DNA of 42,530 nucleotides from a virus (lineage: Duplodnaviria > Caudoviricetes). Location of the stretch: IMG/VR virus record IMGVR_UViG_3300032277_002977, positions 1 to 42,530 of that record; one strand, 5' to 3'. The translations under genes were made by a program, and so were the position numbers. Below, piece after piece: positions 1-8,986 of the stretch (its first letter is position 1; each line of letters starts with the position of its first letter). The notes below the pieces were generated by a model. It was given only the letters and a program-made list of their open reading frames with translations. It did not search any database and had not been told where the DNA came from.

Positions 1-303
1 TCAGGCGCAGAGCGCCATGTCCAAGTTCAAATGATCGATGGGCGGCATTTGCGCAGGCATAAATTCTTTGGAACGTTTTTCCCACTTTTTGTGGAAATAT
101 TCAGGCGCAGGGTCAATTCCTGCAAATGGTTCGCCATGCACGCGGACGCTTTCGCTGAGGTCCGCTTCAAGGGTAAGCAAAAAACGCGTCGGCAGATCAT
201 CCAAGTCTTCGGACTCCGCACCGATGTCGTACTCAAGGCACTGCGCGCACCATTGATGTCCATCCTTAAACACGACGACGCGGAGAGTTTCCACATCATT
301 CAT
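1..303 (-). CDS. HicB-like antitoxin-fold protein (probably host)
   Basis: ATG at 303 preceded by AGGAGGT; 'LRVVVFKDGHQWCAQCLEYDIGAESEDLDDL' resembles the HicB N-terminal fold. No HicA partner is inside the window. Confidence 0.55.
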   Translation of the reverse strand: MNDVETLRVVVFKDGHQWCAQCLEYDIGAESEDLDDLPTRFLLTLEADLSESVRVHGEPFAGIDPAPEYFHKKWEKRSKEFMPAQMPPIDHLNLDMALCA

Positions 304-511
304 GACTGATACCTCCTGATTGCAGCTTCCAATATCCACTGCTAATTCTTTATCTTCCGTTAAGCATAGCGGTTTTTTCTAAGACTATGCAAGCGGCGGG
401 ACCATACGGCACATTTTCGCCAAGTCAACTTGTACGATCAGATTATGGCTAAATTATGGGCGATGTAACGTTTCGATATGTTTCAATTGTGTGCCTTAAA
501 CAAACCGTAAT

Positions 512-1129
512 CTAAATCACATCAATTAAAACAGCGGCGAACCCTGTCGCAATCAGCACGCCGCCCGCGACACGATTGATGACTGTTGCCCAGCTCCCGC
601 GCCGTAACTTTCGCCCGACGTATCCGGCCAGCAGGACATAAACCCCGATTACCAGTATTGCCACAACGAGAAAGACGACCGTCAGCACGACAATCTGAAA
701 CAGTGCCGGTTGTGAGGGTTGAATAAACTGGGGGAAAAATGAAATCACGAAGATAAAACTTTTCGGATTCAGCAGCGTCGCGATAAATCCCTCACGCGCC
801 AGACCGAATGCCGTCGCCGCCGACTGCGAAGGTATCGCCCCCGCGCCGCCTGCCTGAAACATCCTGAACCCAAGATACACAAGATATCCAGCCCCGCTGA
901 TCTTGAGCGCATAAAACCCCGCCACCGACGTTTCCAGCAGCGTCGCGACGCCCAAATACGACAGGACGATCAAAATAATATCGGCGACGGCGATGGCCGA
1001 GACCGTCCCCATCGCCCGCAAACTGCCATGCGCCAGGGCGTGACTAACCACCAGCATGACCGTCGGGCCGGGTATGGCCACGATCAATGCGGTGGCCATG
1101 ATGAAACTCGTCAAGACCTCAATAGGCAT
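512..1129 (-). CDS. LysE/RhtB-family amino-acid exporter (probably host)
   Basis: 'AIPGPTVMLVVSHALAHG', 'LKISGAGYLVYLG' and 'GFIATLLNPKS' motifs; multiple hydrophobic segments. Confidence 0.92.
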   Translation of the reverse strand: MPIEVLTSFIMATALIVAIPGPTVMLVVSHALAHGSLRAMGTVSAIAVADIILIVLSYLGVATLLETSVAGFYALKISGAGYLVYLGFRMFQAGGAGAIPSQSAATAFGLAREGFIATLLNPKSFIFVISFFPQFIQPSQPALFQIVVLTVVFLVVAILVIGVYVLLAGYVGRKLRRGSWATVINRVAGGVLIATGFAAVLIDVI

Positions 1130-1286
1130 CAGGGGAGATTAGGCGAAAGCCCGAAAAACACAACCACGCTACAACCGGAAATGCCCACAGATGAAGAGAC
1201 GCTATTATTCCGCACCAACTACTGAATCAACCGCATACTTGGATCAAGCACTTTCGCGCTGGTTGGTGTTGGGTTACCTTGGAGAG

Positions 1287-2024
1287 ATGATTGAAGAACT
1301 TACCACTATTGCGGATGACATGGAGAAACTGCTCCCGCTTTTCGTAGAGAGCAGTGCGCTCGGTAAATTCCTACCTACGGAACATTCCGCAACTTTCAAG
1401 GCCCTCGCCCTTGAAGCAAAATCGATACTCGACGAGGAGCTTCGCCACGCAAATGACTTTTCTATGAACTTGATCCACGCGGTGAATACCGGCGCTGGCG
1501 GTTTCACTAGTGGGCCATCGTATGCCGCTGTTGAAGAGGCATCAAAAATTGTCCGCGCAGCAGTCCGTTCGATCGAACGCAAACGATCGCAACCACCCGT
1601 TTCACCATCCGGTGCGAAGCCCTATGTTGATCCGAATCGGATTACCTCACTGCAAGCCATCGGCAACACTCAATGGGATTTTGCCCGGCTCGTTGAGCTC
1701 TGCCGAGAGATCAATGTGGCGGCGGCTAACCGATGTCATATGTCAACCGCGATGCTGCTCCGCACTGTGCTCAACCACGTACCCCCGGTGCTCGGTTACG
1801 GCACATTCGCTGAGGTAGCTAATAACTACGGTGGCGCAAAGTCGCAGAAATCCTTCAAGGCTTCAATGCAGCGCCTCGAAAAATCGAGCCGGAACATTGC
1901 AGACATGCACCTCCATTCACCTATCAGATCACGTGAGGACGTGCCAACGGCCACTCAGGTGGACTTTGCGGCTGACCTTGATGTCCTCCTTGGGGAAGTG
2001 ATACGCGTGAGCCGCACAGCATAA
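1287..2024 (+). CDS. Accessory protein with putative C-terminal HEPN-like domain (candidate defence/Abi gene)
   Basis: ATG 1287 after GGAGAG; 'STAMLLRTVLNH' helix followed by an Rx5H motif (RNIADMH); oriented against the late operon at the prophage end. Confidence 0.55.
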   Translation: MIEELTTIADDMEKLLPLFVESSALGKFLPTEHSATFKALALEAKSILDEELRHANDFSMNLIHAVNTGAGGFTSGPSYAAVEEASKIVRAAVRSIERKRSQPPVSPSGAKPYVDPNRITSLQAIGNTQWDFARLVELCREINVAAANRCHMSTAMLLRTVLNHVPPVLGYGTFAEVANNYGGAKSQKSFKASMQRLEKSSRNIADMHLHSPIRSREDVPTATQVDFAADLDVLLGEVIRVSRTA

Positions 2025-2082
2025 GAATCCTCAACCCAGTTCGGGAATTGCGGTTTTGGCCGGACGCATTTACTTTAAGGGC

Positions 2083-2271
2083 ATGAATTACACCCACATC
2101 CACACCCGCCTATCGAACTCCGCCCCCGCCACAGACCGCGAAGTCCTACACAACGGGAAGATGATCGCCCGTATCTACAGGTACCCACACGGAGCCCAGA
2201 AAGGTTCATGGGGATGGTTTCTGCAATGGGGCTGCATAGGGAATAGCGGCATTGCTGACAGCCGGGCATGA
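2083..2271 (+). pseudogene. Small Trp-rich hypothetical protein, probably 3'-truncated at the junction with the dam fragment
   Basis: ATG 2083 after AAGGG; 'IARIYRYPHGAQKGSWGWF' looks like real coding sequence; the ORF ends abruptly inside the antisense strand of the dam fragment. Confidence 0.5.
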
Positions 2272-2735
2272 ATATCCTCAAGTTCGGCAACAATCGACGA
2301 CACATCAAACCGCCCCGGACGCCCCGGCGACACGCCGAAATTCCGGCCATGAACCTTGCCACCGTAGGCCGTCTTTTGCAGATAGAGAAACCGACCGGCG
2401 CGCTGGAAATCAGTGAGCGTATCCGGGTCAACCTGCATCAGCCGGTCAAACTCGACCCTGGACGTCAGGCGGAATTTCAGGAAGTCGATAAAATGGGGAT
2501 AGTGTTCCTGCAGGACGCGGAACAGGGTAATGACATCGCGGCTGATATCATTGATAACCTCGACCTTCGGGGCTTCGCTGCGCCGAAAGAAGATGCCGCC
2601 CATGCCGATGAACGGCTCCACATAGGTGTTATGCGGCACCGACTCGATGATCGGGATGATGCGCTCGGCAAGATTGCGCTTGCCGCCGATATAGGGCGCG
2701 GGCGGATTAACCGCCTTGACGGGTCTGGACTCCAT
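2255..2735 (-). pseudogene. dam: D12-class (Dam-like) DNA adenine methyltransferase, truncated before the DPPY catalytic motif
   Basis: 'PYIGGKRNLA', 'YVEPFIGMGGIF' and 'EVINDIS' motifs; similarity stops at 'IHARLS' and no DPPY follows. Confidence 0.88.
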
Positions 2736-2749
2736 GATTTCAACTTGTC

Positions 2750-2856
2750 ATTCTTGCCCCGCCGGTCGACCGGTGGCGGGATGGCCAGTGCTGGCCGGTA
2801 GTGGTCATGGGTGTTTGCGCACCCGGCTCGGGCTGTTAGCGCAGCCCGTCCCCCGC
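2750..2856 (-). promoter_or_regulatory. Multi-hairpin structured 5' leader of dam (candidate cis-regulatory RNA)
   Basis: Four consecutive stem-loops: GGGCTG/CAGCCC (2830-2847), GGGTG/CACCC (2809-2824), GGCCAG/CTGGCC (2783-2796) and CCCGCC..GGCGGG around CCGGTCGACCGG (2758-2780). Confidence 0.55.
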
Positions 2857-2876
2857 CTTATTCAGCGGCGTTCATC

Positions 2877-3356
2877 TCACCCACTTCTATTCTGTGGCGT
2901 TTTGCCTCCCCATTTTTCCAGCACACCCTTAGCAATATCGCCCATGTGTGGGGCGGCGAAGTAAAAGGCTAGTATCAACATAACTGCGGGTGACATATCA
3001 ACGGCGCTTTCCTTTGCAATGACCGAAACCATGTTGAGCTTTTCTGCTGTTACCGTGCCGGCGCTGTTTGTAAACACGGCCACCATATTGACCATTTGGG
3101 AAAGTAGATACATAGACAACCAGACACCCGTTATGGACAGCGCTATAAGCCGTCTAGCGAGGTTCTGGCCCTGAGTGGACTCCATCCACCTTACAACCAT
3201 CTGACGCGCCTCAGAGCGATCCCTAGCGGCGTCACCGGCCTTTTCCTCGTCGGTATAGACAAGGGCGTCCAGGCTGTTAGTCACGCCGTCAACAACTGAG
3301 CTTAGAGCCTTGTCGGTTCCGAATATTTTACCAATGACCGATCCGATGCCAAACAT
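2877..3356 (-). CDS. Holin-like membrane protein (3TM/GTA-type holin-like)
   Basis: 'VDGVTNSLDALVYTDEEKA' N-terminus, two TM segments and 'LILAFYFA'; lies in the lysis region. Confidence 0.65.
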   Translation of the reverse strand: MFGIGSVIGKIFGTDKALSSVVDGVTNSLDALVYTDEEKAGDAARDRSEARQMVVRWMESTQGQNLARRLIALSITGVWLSMYLLSQMVNMVAVFTNSAGTVTAEKLNMVSVIAKESAVDMSPAVMLILAFYFAAPHMGDIAKGVLEKWGGKTPQNRSG

Positions 3357-3526
3357 CACATAAACCCATCCGACCAAATACTGTTCCAGGCCCACATCAA
3401 CCCGCCAATACAGAGTAATGCAATTCCGGCACCAAGGGCACCACCCATCCATCCATTAACCCAGTACCCCACCGCACCCGGAACAAATATAATTCCGCAA
3501 AGAACAAGAGCTATTTTTAAAATCAT
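3356..3526 (-). CDS. 56-aa two-TM membrane protein (absent from the ORF track)
   Basis: TAAGGAG RBS, ATG at 3526, MILKIALVLCGIIFVPGAVGYWVNGWMGGALGAGIALLCIGGLMWAWNSIWSDGFM*; TGATG coupling to the next gene. Confidence 0.75.
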   Translation of the reverse strand: MILKIALVLCGIIFVPGAVGYWVNGWMGGALGAGIALLCIGGLMWAWNSIWSDGFM

Positions 3527-3616
3527 TGGTAATCTCCTTAATTATAACGGCCTCTCAGGCCGCGCTCAGTGTGGGTTTGTACGTTTATTGATACCGAGGT
3601 CGACGACAGAGCCGGG

Positions 3617-4102
3617 TTATTCCCCGACTCCATGACCGTACCAGTCGATCTTGAACTTCTCTGCCGAACCTTTACCCGCCACAGTGTTGAAAAATGCCTT
3701 GTAGTAATCGGCGTAACCGTCGATATCGCCGACGGCGGGCAACGCTTCCGGGCGACGGAAATAGATCATCCGGGCGACCGCCGTGGCGTAATATAGATTG
3801 GTGACGAGCTGAATATTCCAGTTCGGATTCGGCGCGATAAACCGGGACAGGCGCGTCTCGAACTCGGGTCGGAATTTCAGAAAATTGGTGTAGAGATCAA
3901 GATGCGTCGCCGCCTCGATCTGATAGAACCCGTAAGCCGGTCCGAGCGTTTCATCATCCGGCCCGGTGATCTGATCCAGCGCACTGAACCCGCTTTCCGT
4001 CGCCACCGTGCCCATCAGCAGATCCTCGGCAGATCGGCTATGCATCTCCATCGCCTCAAGCGTTGGCCGCACCACGAAAATTCGGAAGTGTTTCGGGTTC
4101 AT
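3617..4102 (-). CDS. Putative endolysin (lysozyme/lytic-transglycosylase-like fold)
   Basis: 'ATESG' catalytic-Glu-like motif and 'GPAYGFYQIE'; directly downstream of a holin. Confidence 0.7.
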   Translation of the reverse strand: MNPKHFRIFVVRPTLEAMEMHSRSAEDLLMGTVATESGFSALDQITGPDDETLGPAYGFYQIEAATHLDLYTNFLKFRPEFETRLSRFIAPNPNWNIQLVTNLYYATAVARMIYFRRPEALPAVGDIDGYADYYKAFFNTVAGKGSAEKFKIDWYGHGVGE

Positions 4103-4416
4103 GACTGCACCCCGCCTTTCTCAAGCAATTTTGTCAGCAGGTACTGGATACCGTAAGGGCCGAGCCAGCTGACAAACCCAACCAGACCATTGGCCGCCAT
4201 ACCTTGCCATCCCAGCACCGCCGCCAACCCGCCGCCAGCCAACGCTCCAAACACCGCCATCGGAACCTGCCACAGCAATTCCCATGACCAGAACTGACAC
4301 TTGCCGTCCTTGACCATCTTGCGATGCCAGAGCAACCGCCCCAGCAAGGCCGAAGGCAGAAACCCGGCCACCCCGGTGAGCATTTGCCGTAAGTCTTCAC
4401 CGACTCCGTCAAGCAT
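4099..4416 (-). CDS. Phage holin (LydA-like)
   Basis: 'GRLLWH...FWSWELLWQVPMAV...SWLGP' pattern, hydrophobic, ATGA-coupled to the endolysin. Confidence 0.8.
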   Translation of the reverse strand: MLDGVGEDLRQMLTGVAGFLPSALLGRLLWHRKMVKDGKCQFWSWELLWQVPMAVFGALAGGGLAAVLGWQGMAANGLVGFVSWLGPYGIQYLLTKLLEKGGVQS

Positions 4417-4766
4417 CAGACCACCCCGTATTTCATTAAAATCATGACGGCGAATACCCCCCCCCCTGGCAACGTGTCTTGTTCCATATCTTCCCAATTC
4501 TCCCCCGCCGCGATCAGACAGGTGATGCCCTGCGGGGTCGTCAACAGAATGGTCCAGGTGCCGGTCGGGGCGGTCAGGACCTCAAGGACGGAACCATTCG
4601 CCGCCAGCCCCATGGATTTTGGCTGTTCGGAATATTTATGTTTGAGCTGATCCATCAGCGACCCGCGTTCCCCACAGACCGGACCGGAGCGTTGCACCAT
4701 CTGTGCCTCTGCAGAATTGAGGCACAAAAAAACCGTCACAAGGACGGTATGGATCAGCAGACGCAT
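4416..4766 (-). CDS. Small secreted hypothetical protein
   Basis: Signal peptide ending AEA; two Cys ('VCGER', 'TCLIAAGENWE'); GGAGG RBS. Confidence 0.7.
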   Translation of the reverse strand: MRLLIHTVLVTVFLCLNSAEAQMVQRSGPVCGERGSLMDQLKHKYSEQPKSMGLAANGSVLEVLTAPTGTWTILLTTPQGITCLIAAGENWEDMEQDTLPGGGVFAVMILMKYGVV

Positions 4767-4778
4767 GACAGGGGCCTC

Positions 4779-4970
4779 CTATTTAGGCGCAGGTTTTCCG
4801 TTACGCTTGGCCTCGCGGGCGATGACACCCGGTAGTTCGGCATCAAGATCAGCGATCAGGGGTTTGCCCCCCAATCGATCTTGGTTAGCCTGCAGCAACA
4901 GCGCATCCAGTTGTTGTTGCTGCTCATGGATGGTTCTATTTTTTAAAAATCGTGTTCGTCTTGCACTCAT
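4779..4970 (-). CDS. Small hypothetical protein after the tail fibre (possible fibre chaperone)
   Basis: GGGAG RBS, 63 aa; assignment rests on position. Confidence 0.55.
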   Translation of the reverse strand: MSARRTRFLKNRTIHEQQQQLDALLLQANQDRLGGKPLIADLDAELPGVIAREAKRNGKPAPK

Positions 4971-4983
4971 CTACCCAACTCCC

Positions 4984-6609
4984 CTATGTCCACTGCAGAA
5001 CGACGCCGTGATCCTCGATATCCTTTGTGTTATACGTCGTCTCCACATGACGCATCGCCGTCCCGCTTGGTTGTGCTGAGAGATCAACGCTATCGTCTTC
5101 ATAGGCCCTGGTCCCATCCGCCAATGTTTCTTGCAGTACCAACGTTGCCTCAGAGACAACTATCCAGCTATGGGTGCCCGTGCCGTCATCGGTCAGGGTG
5201 ATCGGCGCGCCTGCCGAGGTTAACGCGACCCCAAAAGCGTTCGTCGTCGCATTCACAACAAAATAGGCAACACCCTTTAATAACCCTGCTGAAAGCGTCG
5301 TCGTCGATCCCAAAAACAGTCGGGCATCATTAGCCAGACCGTGCGCTGTTGAATTCAGCGCATTGGCATCCGTGGCAAATGCCGTCGTAAACGTCGCCCC
5401 GGCCCTAGATACCCAGGCCTTCAGGTCGGTGTTGACGGTGATGGTTTCATTTTCCTTTACCTGCACATGAACCCGCCCGGTGACCGGTGGGCTATCGGCA
5501 GTAAAGGACACCGACGACAGCGTCAGGTTTGCCGGCACACCGGCTTCATAAAACTCAACCTCCGAACAAACGTAAAATCCGCTACCGGCACCGGAGTTGC
5601 CGGAAAACTTAACCCGCAAGGCCTCGTAGGCCAGCGCACCCACCACTGTGCGGTCAACGACCAACCCTGTCGCATCACCACTTAACCCGCTAAGACTATC
5701 AATATCCGTCCATGTGCCATCATTGATGTTACTGCTGTCATCGGCACCCTGCAGCGTGCAGGTGACTATATCTGAATTACCTTGTATGAAATTTTCCGAG
5801 CTGGCATAGACTTTCCACTTGGTGACCGTCTTGGCCGTTCCCCAATCCTTGCCGACCTGTGTCACCGTATCACCTGCAGCACCTTGGGCCGAATTGGCGT
5901 TTGTCTGTGATGTGGTGCCGTCAACCGCCGCCGCATTACCGGCTCCACCGGTCATGTCGCCACCAACTGTCCCGCCACTAATCAATACATCACTACCCGC
6001 CGTCCCTGAATAGAAATCTCCGCCCGCGTTGTAACTCGCAGCGGCGCTGATCTCCGCATCGATATCCGTTTCATCCATAAACGGATCGGCAATACCGTCG
6101 ATCATGTTCAGCCGGTCTCCGGCATTCTCGGCGATCAACAGAAAGGCCAGGCGCATGTCGGTCTCGGATACGACAGACTGTTGCACGCCAATCTGTTTCG
6201 CCAACCACACCCCGTTTGCCGTAGCGTCATCAAGCAACTGAACCAGATAACTTTCCCCCGCTGATACTACGGCGACCACATCCGTGCCGCCATTATCCTT
6301 AATGGCGAAGGCAATGGTACCTGCGTTATTGATCGTCCAGGGCCGCCCCTCAACATCCGTCGTCGCATCCGGCAGATCAACCGCCTGTGCCGCCACCGTC
6401 ATCGTCACGGACTGAACTCGCGAATCTGCAACCGTCAGGGTCACACCCGTGGCGCTGGAGATTTCCCGCGCGCCATAGGTCAGGGTGTTTGACAGTCCGC
6501 CAGCATTCAGTGCCGCAAGGTCAATCTGAACTTGCGCGACGAAATCGGTAAATATAGCGCCGTAACTGTCACCCCGTTTCAGCGCGGCAGCGAGATCATA
6601 GGCCGTCAT
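4984..6609 (-). CDS. Tail fibre / receptor-binding protein with an F5/8 (discoidin)-like domain
   Basis: Thr/Ala/Gly-rich; 'KDWGTAKTVTKWKV..TLQGADD..WTDI..YEALRV..EVEFY' pattern; last large tail gene. Confidence 0.75.
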   Translation of the reverse strand: MTAYDLAAALKRGDSYGAIFTDFVAQVQIDLAALNAGGLSNTLTYGAREISSATGVTLTVADSRVQSVTMTVAAQAVDLPDATTDVEGRPWTINNAGTIAFAIKDNGGTDVVAVVSAGESYLVQLLDDATANGVWLAKQIGVQQSVVSETDMRLAFLLIAENAGDRLNMIDGIADPFMDETDIDAEISAAASYNAGGDFYSGTAGSDVLISGGTVGGDMTGGAGNAAAVDGTTSQTNANSAQGAAGDTVTQVGKDWGTAKTVTKWKVYASSENFIQGNSDIVTCTLQGADDSSNINDGTWTDIDSLSGLSGDATGLVVDRTVVGALAYEALRVKFSGNSGAGSGFYVCSEVEFYEAGVPANLTLSSVSFTADSPPVTGRVHVQVKENETITVNTDLKAWVSRAGATFTTAFATDANALNSTAHGLANDARLFLGSTTTLSAGLLKGVAYFVVNATTNAFGVALTSAGAPITLTDDGTGTHSWIVVSEATLVLQETLADGTRAYEDDSVDLSAQPSGTAMRHVETTYNTKDIEDHGVVLQWT

Positions 6610-7469
6610 GCGGTTAACTCCTGAATAATTGTGGAAAATGAATAATGAGCGGAGTTTTCCGACTTCGTCGGTTTCAACCCACCCGGTATCGCCATGCCGT
6701 AAATCGCCGTGCGGTACTGGTTGATATCAGTGGAGTCGGGAAACGGCAGCACCAGAAGATCGATAGAATGACCGACCACTCTTTGCATGTCGTTGTAATT
6801 ACCGAGCGCATCCGCTTCGTTCGAAAACTGGAACGGCAGGGTCAGTCGACGATGTTTGTCCGCCTTGTCGACCCAGATTCCACCATCCTCCATATCCACT
6901 TGTTTCGAACGATCCACCCACTCTAGTGTCCACCCGCGCGAAAAATTGTTTGATGGCTGCCATCCGACACCTGCAATCAGGCGACCCGCCTGCAGATAAC
7001 CATCAGAATTCCCGGAATCATCCACATCAAGGCGCAGGTAGAGTGCCTCATACGTCTGGCCCAGGCGGAAAATCGAATAATATTTATAGTCATTAAACTC
7101 GGTCAGCAGGGGAACGCCGCCAAACCCGTCCAGGTCCCAGCCGATTTCATCCCAACCGTAAATTTCCGGCCAGGCGTTGTGGGTGACATCGTAAACCGGC
7201 GAAGACATATCCGCATTATTCGACAACCGCACCCGAACCGTCGCCGCCGTACTCAAGTTATGGTTCCAGATCGCCACCGTCGACACCGATGTCAACGCAC
7301 TGAACGCCGCTTTCCACCATTCCCCGGTCACACCTGAAGTCCGCGCAACCTTCAACAACTTGCGGTTTTGCAGGTTAACCGCCCCCAGCGTCCCGGCTTC
7401 GGAACTGGCGCTCGTGACGGCATCGTCGACCTTGTTGTCATACAGGAACGTTACTTTTTCAGTCGCCAT
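6606..7469 (-). CDS. Minor tail (tip/distal) protein
   Basis: Position between hub and fibre; 'DSGNSDGYLQAGRLIAG' motif. Confidence 0.7.
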   Translation of the reverse strand: MATEKVTFLYDNKVDDAVTSASSEAGTLGAVNLQNRKLLKVARTSGVTGEWWKAAFSALTSVSTVAIWNHNLSTAATVRVRLSNNADMSSPVYDVTHNAWPEIYGWDEIGWDLDGFGGVPLLTEFNDYKYYSIFRLGQTYEALYLRLDVDDSGNSDGYLQAGRLIAGVGWQPSNNFSRGWTLEWVDRSKQVDMEDGGIWVDKADKHRRLTLPFQFSNEADALGNYNDMQRVVGHSIDLLVLPFPDSTDINQYRTAIYGMAIPGGLKPTKSENSAHYSFSTIIQELTA

Positions 7470-7471
7470 AT

Positions 7472-8986
7472 CTACCCCCACATCGTCAATTCAACTTCCG
7501 ACTGGGCGATATGCTCAACCAGTTCGACAACCAGAAAATTCTGACCAGTAGACAAACCAAACCGGGAATGGGAAACCCTGCAAGTCTCGCCGAGATCGTG
7601 GGCAAGAACCTGTGTTTTGACCACAACACCGACAACATCACGGGCGACCTTGTAGAGATCGAACTGCCGCGCCACTTCCGTTTCAGCTTCCGTCTTGTCA
7701 ACCAGCAAACCAGGCCGAGGGTTAGGGTCGAGGGCATTGGGTTGCCCACCCTTGCCGACACCGTCAAGTTTGATATCTGCATCGGACGCGCTGACCCGTC
7801 GGTATTCCTCACCAACAAAGTCCTTATAGGCATCTGTCGCCGTTGCATCCAGAACGTCCGATAGCTGCACCGTCCACGCCCGCCCGTAGTCAATCCTGCG
7901 TCGCCAGTGCACCGGTCCGAACGACACCACGTTAAGCGAATTATCCAGCATATCCGCCGTATCAATTTCAAAATCTGCTGTCACTGCCGGTTCAACAACC
8001 TGCCCGACCATCAATAACCCGGCACGGTTAAAGGTATAAAACGCCCCAACCGTGTCACAGATATCATCCAGAAGATCGAGCAACCCGGTCGCCGCCGTGC
8101 GGGAATAATATCCAATCGCCGCCGGTGCCGCGCTGTTCAGCGCCGTGAAACTGGCAGCATCCAGATCAGCCGGAACCAGACCGCCAAAGTCCGTCACCAG
8201 CCGTTCGACAATATCGGCCACCGTCGATACATATGCCCCACTGGTTTTTGATCCTTTAATATCCGCCGTAATCAACCCGGTTGGCGACGCCGTCAGGGTG
8301 ATCCGCCCATTCACCAGATCGACCGTGTAATTCGTCGTTAGTGTCAGTAACTTGCCATTGTCATAAACCGCCGTCACCGCTTCGATCTGACCGTCATGAA
8401 CGTCATAGACGTTGCTGCTTGAATCGACCCGCACCGGGGTGATGTTCAGACACTCTCCGAATGCAACCGGTTTTGGTTTATCTTTCAGGTCATCCCCGCC
8501 TTCGTTACCCCCCGTCCCCGCATAAAGCGTATCCTGTAGCAGTTTATCCAGCAGCGACTGTTTATCCCTGAGATCCAGAACATATCCATCCTTGGCCGAC
8601 ACCAGCGACCCCGACACCCCGTCGAAAATGATCTGGAAATCCGCATAAGCCGACCCCTTCAGGCCCGCTTTGATCACCACCGCCCGCCCGTCCCAGTGAA
8701 GATTGCGCCAGTCATCAATCTCACCCATATTCATAACGCGCAAATCCCCCATGTCCGGCAACGACCGACCGCCCAACTGACCGGGTTTGAACATCGACCG
8801 CCTGAACGTCAGATCGCGGGTCAACCGACCCTCGAAATAGGTGTTTGCCGGGGTTTCCGCCGGTCCTGTAACAAACCCCGCCGTCGCCACATATTTTGTC
8901 ACCACCGCTCCGGTGGACGGATCATAGGGCGACAGTTCCGCCACATAGACCCGGTGGGCGGTGATGTCGGTGAACACATCAGCCAT
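7472..8986 (-). CDS. Tail tip / baseplate hub protein
   Basis: 'YAGTGGNEGGDDLKDKPKPVAFGECLNITPV' motif; immediately after the tape measure gene. Confidence 0.75.
   Translation of the reverse strand: MADVFTDITAHRVYVAELSPYDPSTGAVVTKYVATAGFVTGPAETPANTYFEGRLTRDLTFRRSMFKPGQLGGRSLPDMGDLRVMNMGEIDDWRNLHWDGRAVVIKAGLKGSAYADFQIIFDGVSGSLVSAKDGYVLDLRDKQSLLDKLLQDTLYAGTGGNEGGDDLKDKPKPVAFGECLNITPVRVDSSSNVYDVHDGQIEAVTAVYDNGKLLTLTTNYTVDLVNGRITLTASPTGLITADIKGSKTSGAYVSTVADIVERLVTDFGGLVPADLDAASFTALNSAAPAAIGYYSRTAATGLLDLLDDICDTVGAFYTFNRAGLLMVGQVVEPAVTADFEIDTADMLDNSLNVVSFGPVHWRRRIDYGRAWTVQLSDVLDATATDAYKDFVGEEYRRVSASDADIKLDGVGKGGQPNALDPNPRPGLLVDKTEAETEVARQFDLYKVARDVVGVVVKTQVLAHDLGETCRVSHSRFGLSTGQNFLVVELVEHIAQSEVELTMWG

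Noticed and set aside
1203-1218. TATTATTCCGCACCA as a tRNA-derived attL; 11 bp also match near 32042
   Set aside because: Too short, no T-arm, and no matching attR inside the window; could be chance.
2038-2050. AGTTCGGGAATTG resembling the integrase 3' end AGTTCGGAATG as an att core
   Set aside because: Imperfect short match that cannot be verified without sequence beyond the window.
3541-3570. TATAAT promoter for the second holin module
   Set aside because: The hexamer abuts the RBS and has no credible -35.
4984-6609. Diversity-generating retroelement targeting the tail fibre
   Set aside because: No reverse transcriptase ORF and no TR/VR repeat pair seen.
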